Below are positions 26,891 through 36,682 of a stretch of DNA of 64,000 nucleotides, in pieces. The stretch comes from an uncultured bacterium (GTDB taxonomy: Bacteria; Hydrothermota; Hydrothermia; B15-G9; WFZT01). Within the stretch, counting starts at the first letter, position 1. Every line of letters begins with the position of its first letter. The DNA lies in contig CAZNDM010000062.1 of NCBI GenBank assembly GCA_964571845.1, positions 18,258 to 82,257 of the forward strand, written 5' to 3'. Position numbers and translations under genes: made by a program. The notes beneath the pieces were generated by a model. It was not told the origin of the DNA. It was given only the letters and a program-made list of their open reading frames with translations, and made no database searches.

Positions 26891-28409
26891 CGTCAGATTC
26901 TTCGTAATCCTTCAGGTATTTGATCGCCTCTGGAATGTAGTTAATGAGATCCCCTGCAATCATCGTGTGTCTTGGCTGTTCGACAACACCAATGTCAGCG
27001 GCAAGGCCATGTAAAAATGTACCGAGTAACGCCGCTTTGACAGGCTCAACTCCCTGAGCAAGGAGACCTGAAATCATTCCCGTAAGGACATGACCGGTTT
27101 CCCCAGACGCAAGTCCTGGCGTGCCCGTAGAGTTTATCCATGTCCTCTCATCAGGTGAAAAGACAACTGCTGGCGCACCCTTTACGACCACAACGATACC
27201 GTTGTCTTTTGCAAATCTTACTCCTGCACGAGGGTCAAGTGGATTTCCCCGAATACCCTGCATGCTCAAAAGTTCTGCAAACTCTTTGTGATTCAACATC
27301 AGAATTCCCGGTGCCTCCCTGTTCCTCAGACAGTTCATGTGGATTCCCTTGAGCTGGTCAACCTGTGCGTCAATCAAAATTGGGCCTGGAAATTCCCTTA
27401 TTAACTTCAAAAAGGACGAAGATGTAAGCATCCCGGACAGGGCACCACGCGAAACAGTCAGTGCATTAAAATTCAACCCATAGTTGAAAATCTGCTGGAT
27501 AGAATCATCGTTAAAGATCCCGTCCCTATCCTGAACGGCGAGCTCCACAACATCAGGTCCCGGGGATGTAAAGACCCACTTATATTCCAGTGGTATGGTG
27601 ACATAAGCTGTGGCGGCTCCGGTCTTCACTGCCGCAAGTGATGCAACCACCATTTCTGCCATACTACCTATAAACAGCGCTTTTCCACCAGAAACACCGG
27701 TAATCATAAACTTCGCGGCATCCTCCTCCTCAAATGTGGACCTTTTAACGAATGAAGACACTATCTTTTCCGGAATTCCTGTATCTGCGACAACGAGCTT
27801 GCCGGTGTGTAACTTACCGGGATAAAAAAGATTACCTATCTTTGGGAAAACCATTGTGACAGTGAGATCCGCATAAACTGCCTCTCCCAGAACCTCGCCA
27901 CTCCATGGATTCACACCGGATGGGATATCCACAGAAAGGGTATAGGCACGGGATTCGTTTATCCAGTTTATAATCTCATTGTAAACACCCTTCACCCTGC
28001 CTCTGAATCCAGTTCCAAAAATAGCATCAACCACAAGATCAGCTCCAAGAATCTGACCTTTAACCTCCTCCTCGCAGGAAGTAACCTCGACCACCTTACC
28101 GCCAAGCCTCTCGTACAGCTTCAGGTTGCTCTTTGCGTCTTTCTTTAACCATCTCTTTTTTCCTATCAGAAAAACCGTTGTCTCTTTTGATTTTTCCAGC
28201 AAATACCTCGCTATTACAAGCCCCTCTGCACCATTATTTCCGGTACCGATTACGACAACAGACCTGTTAACAGGAAATTCTATTTCTTCAAGTAAAACGG
28301 AAAAGGCGGTCCTGCCGGCATTCTCCGTTAGTATGAGACTCTTCAATCCGAGCTCTTTTATTGCGGTTTCCTTTATTTTTTTCAGTTCTTCAGGTGTTAG
28401 TACATACAT
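26880..28409 (-). CDS. nnr: Bifunctional NAD(P)H-hydrate repair enzyme Nnr (epimerase + ADP-dependent dehydratase)
   Basis: The N-terminal YjeF-N domain carries VVIGTGNNGAEGLVIARYL. The C-terminal carbohydrate-kinase-like domain carries ...GDLVVDAIFGTGF... and ...HVLTGMISGLLAQG. Confidence 0.85.
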   Translation of the reverse strand: MYVLTPEELKKIKETAIKELGLKSLILTENAGRTAFSVLLEEIEFPVNRSVVVIGTGNNGAEGLVIARYLLEKSKETTVFLIGKKRWLKKDAKSNLKLYERLGGKVVEVTSCEEEVKGQILGADLVVDAIFGTGFRGRVKGVYNEIINWINESRAYTLSVDIPSGVNPWSGEVLGEAVYADLTVTMVFPKIGNLFYPGKLHTGKLVVADTGIPEKIVSSFVKRSTFEEEDAAKFMITGVSGGKALFIGSMAEMVVASLAAVKTGAATAYVTIPLEYKWVFTSPGPDVVELAVQDRDGIFNDDSIQQIFNYGLNFNALTVSRGALSGMLTSSSFLKLIREFPGPILIDAQVDQLKGIHMNCLRNREAPGILMLNHKEFAELLSMQGIRGNPLDPRAGVRFAKDNGIVVVVKGAPAVVFSPDERTWINSTGTPGLASGETGHVLTGMISGLLAQGVEPVKAALLGTFLHGLAADIGVVEQPRHTMIAGDLINYIPEAIKYLKDYEESDDDF

Positions 28410-28625
28410 GCTGTTAACCTCAGTGTTAAATTTTAATCTTACGCGGGTAAAAATACCACGAAGGATGTTAAACAGCTGTTAATCTGATGCAGGGGATATA
28501 CCAGCAGGTGATTTCCACAGGTAATTGATTTAATTGCAGAAGTAGGTTTAACGCTCGGGTAAGTTGATAGCGGGTTTTTGTATTGACTAAGTTGGTGGGG
28601 CGTTTCCTTTAAAGAGGTATTAATA

Positions 28626-28670
28626 AAAGGTGGGTGGGGCGCGCGCGAAGCGCGCGCCCCACCCACCTTT
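28626..28670. terminator. GC-rich palindrome hairpin (~20-bp stem) flanked by an A-run and a T-run, a terminator of the large S8 protease gene
   Basis: AAAGGTGGGTGGGGCGCGCG-CGAAG-CGCGCGCCCCACCCACCTTT lies 5 bp after the stop of 28675..32169 (-). Confidence 0.6.
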
Positions 28671-28674
28671 ATTA

Positions 28675-31600
28675 TCACTTCAGTATCACAATCTTCCTCG
28701 TCTTACTGTAATTTCCAGCCTCAATGCTCAAAAAGTACACTCCTCCACGAATCTTTTCCGTACTCCAGTCGATACTGTGGTTTCCTGCCTCCATCCTTCC
28801 CTCGTACAACTTTGACACAACCCTGCCACTCACATCATACAGTCTAATTTTGACATCCGTTGCCGCTGGAATAACAAATGAGATCTTCCCTCTTCTAACC
28901 ACTGGATTCGGTGTTACATCGAAGAAGAACTTTACGGGTTTCAGAGCACCCTCACCCACGCCCACTGTCGGGGGCAATGTCGTGAATTTGATGGCTTTAC
29001 CTGCTGATATTCCAGTTGCGAGTCTATCCGAGACACCGTCATAGTAAATCTGGATTCCGTCTGTTTCTGAAGCGTTTTCAATTCCTGTCGTGAAATCATC
29101 CTGCATTGGATCAGATAGATACTGGAAAACAATTTCCCCGTCACCTGTAGGTGTTGTGTAGTACATTGGATCGTAGAGGAGCACCTGAAATGTCTCCACC
29201 TCGTTTGAATGGGCAAAATGAGGCACCTGATACCATTCCACGATAAAAATGTGGTTGTCAGAGTCATAGTAATATGCGACCTGGCCACCTCTTGAGGGAT
29301 TGAGGTCGTCCCACAGGGGAGCAATCATATTTGATGGACCATCACTGTTGGGTATGCCAGAGTTGCTGAAATCTCTTGCATTCTCACTGCCCATAGCAAG
29401 GTTTCCATTTGATCCGATGGTAATCTGGGTGAATGATGCACCGTAATAGTTAAATGTGAATGGGAGATTAACGAGCTGGTCATCGTCGTCTCCGAGCTGG
29501 ATGACCGTTCCGCTACCGCCAGCCGCAGGTGCAATTTCTATCCAGTTGAAAACCGGTGCCGGTGAATAGGAAGAGTCGTTGTTCTCGTAAGCATAATAAC
29601 CGTAGCTATCAGGTCCTGATGGATCATTCACCGTCATCTGACCTATTGTGAGTGTGTAATTAATACTCTTGGTATAACCGGATGAATCCACGAGTGTAAT
29701 TGTCAGTTCTGCACTATGCTCTCTCGGTGTGGATGGAGATGCCTGAACAAAGAACATTGTGTCGCTCACCTCGCCTCCGTTGGCTGGAATAGAGGGGATA
29801 AAGGCGGTCGAATCAAGGACCTGGAGAAATGTGTCCTGTGTGGACAGAGAGACTGAGACATTGCCGGCGTCCTGTGTCCCAATATTCCTAAGAGTTACGA
29901 GAAACCTTCCACTTTCACCGGGATCGATCACCCCATTTCCCGACTCATCAAGAACGGAGATTCCGGTAAAGCTAACAACCACACCTTCAAGCGGCAGGTC
30001 CTTTTCAATGGTGAGATCGTCGATATACCATCCGTCCCGTGTAATTGAGCCGTCAGAGGTAATGAGAAATCTGATGTACACGGTGGTTGAACCCACAAAG
30101 GGCGAGAGATTGACAAAAACCTCCTCCCATGTGCTTTGCGAGCCGTTAACAGAAGCGAGATTTGTCCATTCGCCATTGGGGTCTGTCGCAGCCTGGACAT
30201 AACCATAGTCAAAGCCACTTTCAAATTCATACCTCTGCCAGAAGTGGAGTCTTGCGAAGTAGGCGTCAGAAAGATCTATTGGTGTCGCAAGCATTGCATA
30301 GTAATTTGCGTTGTTTGGATACTGACCATTGGGGGAATCGGTGAGACTTCCATTCCCCGAATGGGCGTAAGATGTGGTGATTCCCCAGCTACCTGTTAAT
30401 ACCCAATCGGGAAGAGAAGACTCAAAGTCCTGTACATACCAGGGGTAGTAAGTGGGCTGTCCTATGACAACCGTAATCGTGTCAACTTTGGTGTATCCGG
30501 TCATGGATGTGTCACTACCTGTAATTGTGATGACAAATTGAGCGGCGAGACCGGCACGCCATGTTGAATCAACTGAAAATGAGAATCCATCTCCTGAAAC
30601 TATAGAGTCATGCGGGATATCACCGTAAAATGAGGAGTTGTCCGTGATCGTGATAAGCGGGTTATCGGTTGATATCGTGGCATTCACATTGAGGACATCA
30701 AGTCCCAGGTTTCTAAGAGGAATGGTCATTGTTACACTCTCTCCTGGATCCGGCATACCATTACCATTTCCAGACGCATCATCATACACAGGTTGAAGTA
30801 ATCTCAGGTAAGGAGCGTCAAGAGTCGGAGTTGATTCAATGACTTTCAGGGCATTTATACGACCCCACCCATAGTCGTTGTTGGGATAGGTATTGCCTGC
30901 TGGATGATCGACACCATAGTTTGTGAGAATATCATAAATGGTACTGTAGTCGAGAGATGGATTGAGTTCAAACATAAGGGCAATGACACCGGTTACATGG
31001 GGAGTGGCCATGGATGTTCCATCCCAGCTTTCGTAACCGCCGCCGGGTGTGCTTGATCTAACATTGACTCCTGGAGCTGAAATATCGGGCTTGATAAAAT
31101 TCCAGTCTGGTCTTGACCAGAGTGTCGTATCTGACCAGGGGTACTGGTTGGGAGCCGGTCCCCTCGAGCTAAAGCTCGCAATATTATCATTAATGTCTGT
31201 TGCTCCAACTCCGATAACATTTGGAAAGTTACCGGGTGTTCCAGCAGATCCACTACCGGGACCAGAATTACCGCTGGCAAAAACCGGGATTATGTCAAAC
31301 TCGTGCCAGGCCCTCACAAACGGTAAAAAGGTCGTGTCTGTTTCATCCGTACTACCCCATGAATTAGACACAGCCTTTATGTCCACACCTGAATCGACTT
31401 TCAAGGACACGAACCACTGGAAACATTCGATAATATCCTGATCCTGCCCGCTTCCTCCGGAATTAAATGCCTTGGCAGATGCAATCTGTGCCCTGTAAGC
31501 CACGCCAATGTCGTTTGTAAACGGACCAGGTCCATCACCACCAGCAATTGTCCCGGCCACATGTGTTCCGTGGCCGTGATCGTCATACGGGGTCGTCCTG

Positions 31601-32169
31601 TCATTCACAGCATCAAAGAAATAACCTGAGAAGTTGCCAGATAAGGCAGGGTGTGATGGATCTATTCCAGTGTCCATTGTTCCGACTATTACACCGTCTC
31701 CTGAGAGGCCATAGGCAGACCAAACTGAATCTGCTTTTATTTTCGTGATATTCCATTCAACAGACTTCTCCTGGGGTATGTCTTTAAAAGACTTTTTGGG
31801 CATAATGATGTGTCTCTCACGCACAACATCGACGAGAGCGACATCTTCTCTCTTCGCAAGCTCGACAATTACCTCTGGTGTGGCTTTGACATATAGCATG
31901 TTCACAAGCCAAAAACTCTCATACTCGGCAACATCTTCGGAACTCAGGAATGATATGACATCCCTCTGTGAATTCCTTGCGACGGTTTTCAGGACTTCGG
32001 CTTTGGCTTTGTAGCCTTTAATACCTGAAAGGTCCGCCTGCTGTTTCATCCAGACAAGAGCCTGAATACTCTCTCCAGGCCCTGCCTTGCTCAGTTTCTC
32101 CATCATGGCATCAGAAAGTTTCCCTGCATACAGGGAAGTTACCATGACCAGTGCAAGCAGATACTTCAT
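28675..32169 (-). CDS. Large secreted subtilisin-like serine protease (peptidase S8) with an I9 propeptide, extra beta-rich domains and a T9SS C-terminal sorting domain
   Basis: There is a signal peptide. The S8 motifs are DTGIDPSHPAL (Asp), HGTHVAGTIAGGDG (His) and GTSMATPHVTGVIALMF (Ser). The C-terminus GGVYFLSIEAGNYSKTRKIVILK is a T9SS CTD. Its N-terminal half is paralogous to 6532..9402. Confidence 0.85.
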   Translation of the reverse strand: MKYLLALVMVTSLYAGKLSDAMMEKLSKAGPGESIQALVWMKQQADLSGIKGYKAKAEVLKTVARNSQRDVISFLSSEDVAEYESFWLVNMLYVKATPEVIVELAKREDVALVDVVRERHIIMPKKSFKDIPQEKSVEWNITKIKADSVWSAYGLSGDGVIVGTMDTGIDPSHPALSGNFSGYFFDAVNDRTTPYDDHGHGTHVAGTIAGGDGPGPFTNDIGVAYRAQIASAKAFNSGGSGQDQDIIECFQWFVSLKVDSGVDIKAVSNSWGSTDETDTTFLPFVRAWHEFDIIPVFASGNSGPGSGSAGTPGNFPNVIGVGATDINDNIASFSSRGPAPNQYPWSDTTLWSRPDWNFIKPDISAPGVNVRSSTPGGGYESWDGTSMATPHVTGVIALMFELNPSLDYSTIYDILTNYGVDHPAGNTYPNNDYGWGRINALKVIESTPTLDAPYLRLLQPVYDDASGNGNGMPDPGESVTMTIPLRNLGLDVLNVNATISTDNPLITITDNSSFYGDIPHDSIVSGDGFSFSVDSTWRAGLAAQFVITITGSDTSMTGYTKVDTITVVIGQPTYYPWYVQDFESSLPDWVLTGSWGITTSYAHSGNGSLTDSPNGQYPNNANYYAMLATPIDLSDAYFARLHFWQRYEFESGFDYGYVQAATDPNGEWTNLASVNGSQSTWEEVFVNLSPFVGSTTVYIRFLITSDGSITRDGWYIDDLTIEKDLPLEGVVVSFTGISVLDESGNGVIDPGESGRFLVTLRNIGTQDAGNVSVSLSTQDTFLQVLDSTAFIPSIPANGGEVSDTMFFVQASPSTPREHSAELTITLVDSSGYTKSINYTLTIGQMTVNDPSGPDSYGYYAYENNDSSYSPAPVFNWIEIAPAAGGSGTVIQLGDDDDQLVNLPFTFNYYGASFTQITIGSNGNLAMGSENARDFSNSGIPNSDGPSNMIAPLWDDLNPSRGGQVAYYYDSDNHIFIVEWYQVPHFAHSNEVETFQVLLYDPMYYTTPTGDGEIVFQYLSDPMQDDFTTGIENASETDGIQIYYDGVSDRLATGISAGKAIKFTTLPPTVGVGEGALKPVKFFFDVTPNPVVRRGKISFVIPAATDVKIRLYDVSGRVVSKLYEGRMEAGNHSIDWSTEKIRGGVYFLSIEAGNYSKTRKIVILK

Positions 32170-32170
32170 A

Positions 32171-32455
32171 CTAACCTCCTTTTAGTGCTGAAATTAACAA
32201 AATTAAGCCTATAAGGACAAAAATTGCCCCTGTTATCAGATTTATTATCCTGTGGGGGATGGTGTTTCCGAGCAGGGTTCCGGCAGCTATTGACAGTACC
32301 GATGCAGCCATAAATGCGAGTGTGGCAGAAACAAAAATACTGACTCGACTGATCTCTGGATGTGTTGAAAACAGGAATGTTGTTATGTTGGTCTTATCCC
32401 CAAGCTCTGCGAGGAAAACGGTTATAAAAATTAGGAAGAAAACCTTCAGGTTCAA
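32171..32455 (-). CDS. UPF0016 (GDT1/TMEM165/MneA-like) single-domain membrane protein, a putative Mn2+/Ca2+ transporter half-unit
   Basis: AELGDKT matches the E-x-G-D-(K/R)-(T/S) signature of UPF0016. The protein is 94 aa with three TM helices, i.e. one repeat only. Confidence 0.7.
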   Translation of the reverse strand: MNLKVFFLIFITVFLAELGDKTNITTFLFSTHPEISRVSIFVSATLAFMAASVLSIAAGTLLGNTIPHRIINLITGAIFVLIGLILLISALKGG

Positions 32456-32458
32456 AAA

Positions 32459-33043
32459 CTAATCAACTCCTTTACCGAATGCCTCTTTTTCCCTTTCAAT
32501 GAAATCTTCAAGAAAATTTGCAACAAATTTGTAAAATTTGAGTCTTGCCTCACTTCTGAGGTCCGCAATAAAGTCAGGCACCCATTGAAGAATATGCTCC
32601 TCAAAGAACTCTCTGGCGAGATCAAGATCACCTTCTTCCAGCAAAAATCGCATAAAATCCAGCTCGTAGGATATGTGATCCGGGAGATCCTCTTCGGGGA
32701 TCATAAGGTTGTAAAGTGAATAGTACTTCGACACCTCCTCTGCATAGTCTCCCATCAACAACATTTCTCTGTATGCAGATTCATATGGTGGACACGGTAA
32801 GGTGGGAAAGCTATTGATAAACAGTCTCGTGTGTTCTGCCTGAAGTTCCTCAGGTGGAAGGGTCCTGAGCTCGTCAATTGCCTCACTAAATTGAAAAATA
32901 AGATTCTCAGCCTCAGAATACTCCTGAAGGACATCCTGAATGTAGTCTTCGATTTCGTTCAGTTTCTCGAAAAATTCCTCGTCAGGATAGAAAAACAGCT
33001 GGCTCAGGATCCTGTAGATACGAGCTCTATCATCAACATTCAT
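32459..33043 (-). CDS. TorD/DmsD-like redox-enzyme maturation chaperone (putative)
   Basis: EEDLPDHISYELDFMRFLL matches the E-P-x-DH...L.FM motif of the TorD family, and the protein is all-helical at about 195 aa. The likely start is MNVDDRARIY, at Met27 of the tracked ORF. Confidence 0.5.
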   Translation of the reverse strand: MNVDDRARIYRILSQLFFYPDEEFFEKLNEIEDYIQDVLQEYSEAENLIFQFSEAIDELRTLPPEELQAEHTRLFINSFPTLPCPPYESAYREMLLMGDYAEEVSKYYSLYNLMIPEEDLPDHISYELDFMRFLLEEGDLDLAREFFEEHILQWVPDFIADLRSEARLKFYKFVANFLEDFIEREKEAFGKGVD

Positions 33044-33194
33044 GGTGGTTAATTTTAATGCCAAATAAATAATGGTCAACCATCCCGGACATTTGGAAAA
33101 TATCAAACCACTTCTTCTCAAAAAACTTTTTATCGAACAGCCTCACCGTCCTGTGACACGAGCATTTGTAGAATTTTATTCTGCGAGGAATCTA

Positions 33195-33235
33195 TTTTTG
33201 ACCTGAAAGGTGGAACATATTACAGTCATGGTATA
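33195..33235 (+). promoter_or_regulatory. Candidate promoter for the envelope operon (TTGACC ... extended -10 TGGTATAAA)
   Basis: tttttgacctgaaaggtggaacatattacagtcatggtataaaatt lies about 40 nt upstream of the AGGGAGG RBS and ATG at 33273. The fit to consensus is weak. Confidence 0.25.
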
Positions 33236-33272
33236 AAATTTGTGGACGCTATTCAAAAGGGAGGTTTCGTGC

Positions 33273-34415
33273 ATGATTGAACTATTGCGAAATTTAACTA
33301 TCCTCGTGCTGGTTTCATTAAAACCAGCTCCGGCAACCAATGTTAGAGCCTTTGACACTCCCAATGATGCTGGAGGAAGTGTTATCGTAAAATGGGACCT
33401 CTCAAAAGACGATTCTATCGTGACAAAGTATGAGATCATCAGGATCGTGGGGAGTCCTGATGGCAAAAGGGTAACTGCTGGATTTGTACTTCGTGGTACA
33501 AACACTTACAGGGATGTGGATCTTAAAAACGGTGAAAAATACTACTACATGGTTAGGACATGGGCAGACGGAGAATATTCGGACTCTGAGATAACAGCTG
33601 AGCCAGCGATACCCCGTCCCCAATGGTTCCATACCAAACGAGTCGTTGCACTTATCATCCTCCTCGTATTCGGGTCCCTGTTTTTCTATTACTTGAAGCT
33701 GGCAAAAGAAGGTGCTCCACTCTGGATCAGAAAGATTGCCGGTCTTGAGGCAATTGATGAGGCTGTTGGTAGATCAGTTGAGATGGGACGGCCTATTCTT
33801 TACATCCTCGGACTTGGATTCATATCAGACATACCGACCATTGCAGGTCTTGCCATACTTAAGAGAGTTGCCAAAAAGGCCGCTGAATACGAGGCAGATA
33901 TTATTGTTCCCAACTATGATCCCATCGTGATGGTTGCTGCGCAGGAAACGGTAAAGGAAGGATACATGGAAGCAGGAAGGCCCGATCTGTTTAACGAATC
34001 AAATATTATGTTTCTCACTCAGGACCAGTTTGGGTACGCCGCCGGTGTTGATGGAATAATGGTAAGGGAGAAACCTGGAGCCATCTTCCTTCAGGGTCTA
34101 TTCTATGCTGAATCCCTTATCCTTGCTGAGACAGGGCACTCCATAGGTGCGATACAGATCTCCGGAACAACATCGGTAACCCAGCTCCCATTCTTTATTG
34201 CTGCAACAGACTACACACTTATCGGAGAGGAAATGTATGCAGCAAGTGCTTATTTAACGAGGGATCCACTGGCACTTTCTACGCTAAAGGCAGAGGACAT
34301 CATGAAAGCCCTATTTATCGGCCTCATGGCACTGGGCACAATTTTCGAAACTATCGCCCTTCTGACTGGTAATCCGGGTTTTCATGTTCTTAAAAACTTT
34401 TTCAACATGTTTTAA
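33273..34415 (+). CDS. Membrane protein with an N-terminal extracytoplasmic fibronectin type III-like domain, one TM helix and an uncharacterised ~230-aa C-terminal domain
   Basis: The start MIELLRNLTILVLVSL (signal-like) is preceded by an AGGGAGG RBS. An FN3-like beta-sandwich follows (VRAFDTPNDAGGSVIVKWDL...YEIIRIVG...GEKYYYMVRTWADGEYSDSEIT), then the TM helix VVALIILLVFGSLFFYYL. The C-terminal domain has no motif I recognise. Confidence 0.5.
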   Translation: MIELLRNLTILVLVSLKPAPATNVRAFDTPNDAGGSVIVKWDLSKDDSIVTKYEIIRIVGSPDGKRVTAGFVLRGTNTYRDVDLKNGEKYYYMVRTWADGEYSDSEITAEPAIPRPQWFHTKRVVALIILLVFGSLFFYYLKLAKEGAPLWIRKIAGLEAIDEAVGRSVEMGRPILYILGLGFISDIPTIAGLAILKRVAKKAAEYEADIIVPNYDPIVMVAAQETVKEGYMEAGRPDLFNESNIMFLTQDQFGYAAGVDGIMVREKPGAIFLQGLFYAESLILAETGHSIGAIQISGTTSVTQLPFFIAATDYTLIGEEMYAASAYLTRDPLALSTLKAEDIMKALFIGLMALGTIFETIALLTGNPGFHVLKNFFNMF

Positions 34416-34427
34416 CGGAGGAAGACT

Positions 34428-35213
34428 ATGAAAAGGGAAGTTCCAATAGCAATTACCTTTATTTCCGGTGTATTACTCGTGATTGCGTTCTTTATCCCGC
34501 ACGAGCCTTTTGGAAGCCTCGAGCAGAGATTCAACGACTGGTACATAATCGTATCTGGATTTGCACTTATCCTCGGAATTGATTCTTTGCTTCTGCACCA
34601 CTGGAACAAGGTCTCAAGAAGAAGCAAAGATTGGTTCCATTCATTGAGTTTGATCATCGCCTTTTTCGTAACCCTGATATGGGGATTTTATTCCGGGATC
34701 AAGACGGGGCATTTTCTCTCAGCACAGTCAACATTCAGACAGTACTTCTACATGTATGTCTTCGTCCCGTTGCAGGCAACGATGTTCTCACTTCTTGCGT
34801 TTTTCATTGCATCAGCAGCGTACCGTGCGTTCCGGGCTGACAGATTTGAAGCTGCTCTGCTCCTCTTCTCAGCAGGAATTGTCATGCTCGGAAGAGTTCC
34901 CCTCGGAAATTCTGTAGCTCCATACATGGTTGCTCTCGTATTCCTCATTTTTGCCTTCCTGCTGTACACTGACGGCCGAAAAGAAGTTGATCCTATGAGG
35001 AAATATCTCAAGATTGGGGGAGCCGTAGTGAGTCTTCTCCTGATTTACCCTGTTGGATGGTTCTTCCTTCACTATACGGCACAGACAGCGGGATGGATAA
35101 TGAATATACCACAGCTTGCGGCCAAAAGAGGGATCTTTGTCGGGATAGCTCTCGGTGGTATTGCGATGTCTCTCAGAATTATCCTTGGCATAGAAAAAAC
35201 TTATCTGAGGTGA
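34428..35213 (+). CDS. Uncharacterised polytopic membrane protein (~7 TM)
   Basis: Hydrophobic helices run throughout (VPIAITFISGVLLVIAFFI..., IIVSGFALILGI..., LSLIIAFFVTLIWGF... and so on). It starts 12 bp after the previous stop. Confidence 0.5.
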   Translation: MKREVPIAITFISGVLLVIAFFIPHEPFGSLEQRFNDWYIIVSGFALILGIDSLLLHHWNKVSRRSKDWFHSLSLIIAFFVTLIWGFYSGIKTGHFLSAQSTFRQYFYMYVFVPLQATMFSLLAFFIASAAYRAFRADRFEAALLLFSAGIVMLGRVPLGNSVAPYMVALVFLIFAFLLYTDGRKEVDPMRKYLKIGGAVVSLLLIYPVGWFFLHYTAQTAGWIMNIPQLAAKRGIFVGIALGGIAMSLRIILGIEKTYLR

Positions 35214-35217
35214 GAAA

Positions 35218-36036
35218 ATGAAATACATTGAGAAACTTGCAAGAATTGACAGAAGGATAATTTATCTGATCCTCTTTTTAACGGTTCTGCTGCCTTATCT
35301 TTTTAAGATCAGTCTGCCGATGAAACCACTTCCTGAGGTGGTTCAGGCTTATAAGGAGATAGACAAACTTCCCGCTGGATCAGTTGTTATGATTTCAATA
35401 GACTACGATGCGGCTTCCATGCCTGAGGTCCAGCCCATGCTGTACGCGATTCTTCGACACTGTTTCAGCAAAGACCTGAAAATCATCATGCTTGGTCACT
35501 GGCCTCTTGGAATCCCTCTTGGTATTGCAGCTCTCGAGGATGTGGCGAAAGAATACGGTAAAAAATACGGTGAAGATTATGTGTTTCTCGGATTCAGACC
35601 GGGGGTTGCCGCTGTAATGATCAACATTGGTAAAGAAATCAGATCCGTGTTCAGAGAGGATTACTGGGGTACTCCGCTCGATTCTCTACCAATGATGCGG
35701 AATGTCCACACATACGATGATATCGCCATCCTCGTGGGACTTGAGGCAGGAGCGACCGGAGACTACTGGGTACAGTATGCTCAGGCGAGATACAATCAAA
35801 AGATCATACTGGGTGGAACAGCAGTGGTGGCGCCTGACTGGTATCCCTATTTACAGTCCAACCAGATCGTGGGCCTGATAGGCGGTCTTAGAGGTGCTGC
35901 TGACTACGAGAACCTTGTTCATAACAAAGCTCTTGCTTACTACGGAATGACTCCTCAGGCAGCAGTTCACATTCTCATCGTCATATTCATAATTCTCGGT
36001 AACATCGGATACTTAGCATTAAGGAGGAGGAAGTAA
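35218..36036 (+). CDS. Uncharacterised bitopic membrane protein (N- and C-terminal TM helices flanking a ~200-aa soluble domain)
   Basis: An N-terminal TM helix (IIYLILFLTVLLPYLF) and a C-terminal TM helix (VHILIVIFIILGNIGYLAL) flank a soluble domain. It lies 4 bp after the previous stop. Confidence 0.5.
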   Translation: MKYIEKLARIDRRIIYLILFLTVLLPYLFKISLPMKPLPEVVQAYKEIDKLPAGSVVMISIDYDAASMPEVQPMLYAILRHCFSKDLKIIMLGHWPLGIPLGIAALEDVAKEYGKKYGEDYVFLGFRPGVAAVMINIGKEIRSVFREDYWGTPLDSLPMMRNVHTYDDIAILVGLEAGATGDYWVQYAQARYNQKIILGGTAVVAPDWYPYLQSNQIVGLIGGLRGAADYENLVHNKALAYYGMTPQAAVHILIVIFIILGNIGYLALRRRK

Positions 36037-36037
36037 A

Positions 36038-36682
36038 ATGGCACAGGTTTTCTGGACTTGGGTAGCTGCATTTTTAACCCTCGCTATATTCAGCTTTTTG
36101 TACAAGGATAATCCTTTTTACAAATTTGCAGAACACATTTATGTTGGCAGTTCCGCAGCTTTCTGGTTCGTTTACCTCTGGTATTTCGACATAAAACCCA
36201 AACTCATTGACGGCTGGAGGTACAACACGGGATTGGAAAAATATATTTTGATCATCCCGGCTATTCTTTCAGTTTTTATGCTCATGAGATTTATAAGACC
36301 CCTTGCCTGGCTTTCACGGTGGGCAATTGCATTTACCGTCGGAATGGCAGCAGGACTTGGAATAACAGCGGCTCTTCAGGGCTTCCTCGTTCCGCAGATC
36401 CAGGCTACATTTCTGCCACTCTGGGTCTCCAAAGGGAATTTCTGGCAGTCTCTCGGTGCCTCCCTGAACAACATTGTTCTCGTGCTCGGAACCATTGTAA
36501 CAATCTTTTACTTTTACTTCTCCAAGGAGCACAAAGGTACTCTCGGTGCACTCTCACGGGCAGGTATCGTGTTTATCATGATCGCTTTCGGAGCATCCTT
36601 CGGCTATACGGTAATGGCAAGAATATCACTGCTGATCGGTAGGGTTTATTTTCTAATTCACGACTGGTTGCACATTGTCTAA
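36038..36682 (+). CDS. Uncharacterised polytopic membrane protein (~6 TM)
   Basis: Six hydrophobic helices are present. It starts 1 bp after the previous stop and overlaps lspA by 8 bp. Confidence 0.5.
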   Translation: MAQVFWTWVAAFLTLAIFSFLYKDNPFYKFAEHIYVGSSAAFWFVYLWYFDIKPKLIDGWRYNTGLEKYILIIPAILSVFMLMRFIRPLAWLSRWAIAFTVGMAAGLGITAALQGFLVPQIQATFLPLWVSKGNFWQSLGASLNNIVLVLGTIVTIFYFYFSKEHKGTLGALSRAGIVFIMIAFGASFGYTVMARISLLIGRVYFLIHDWLHIV

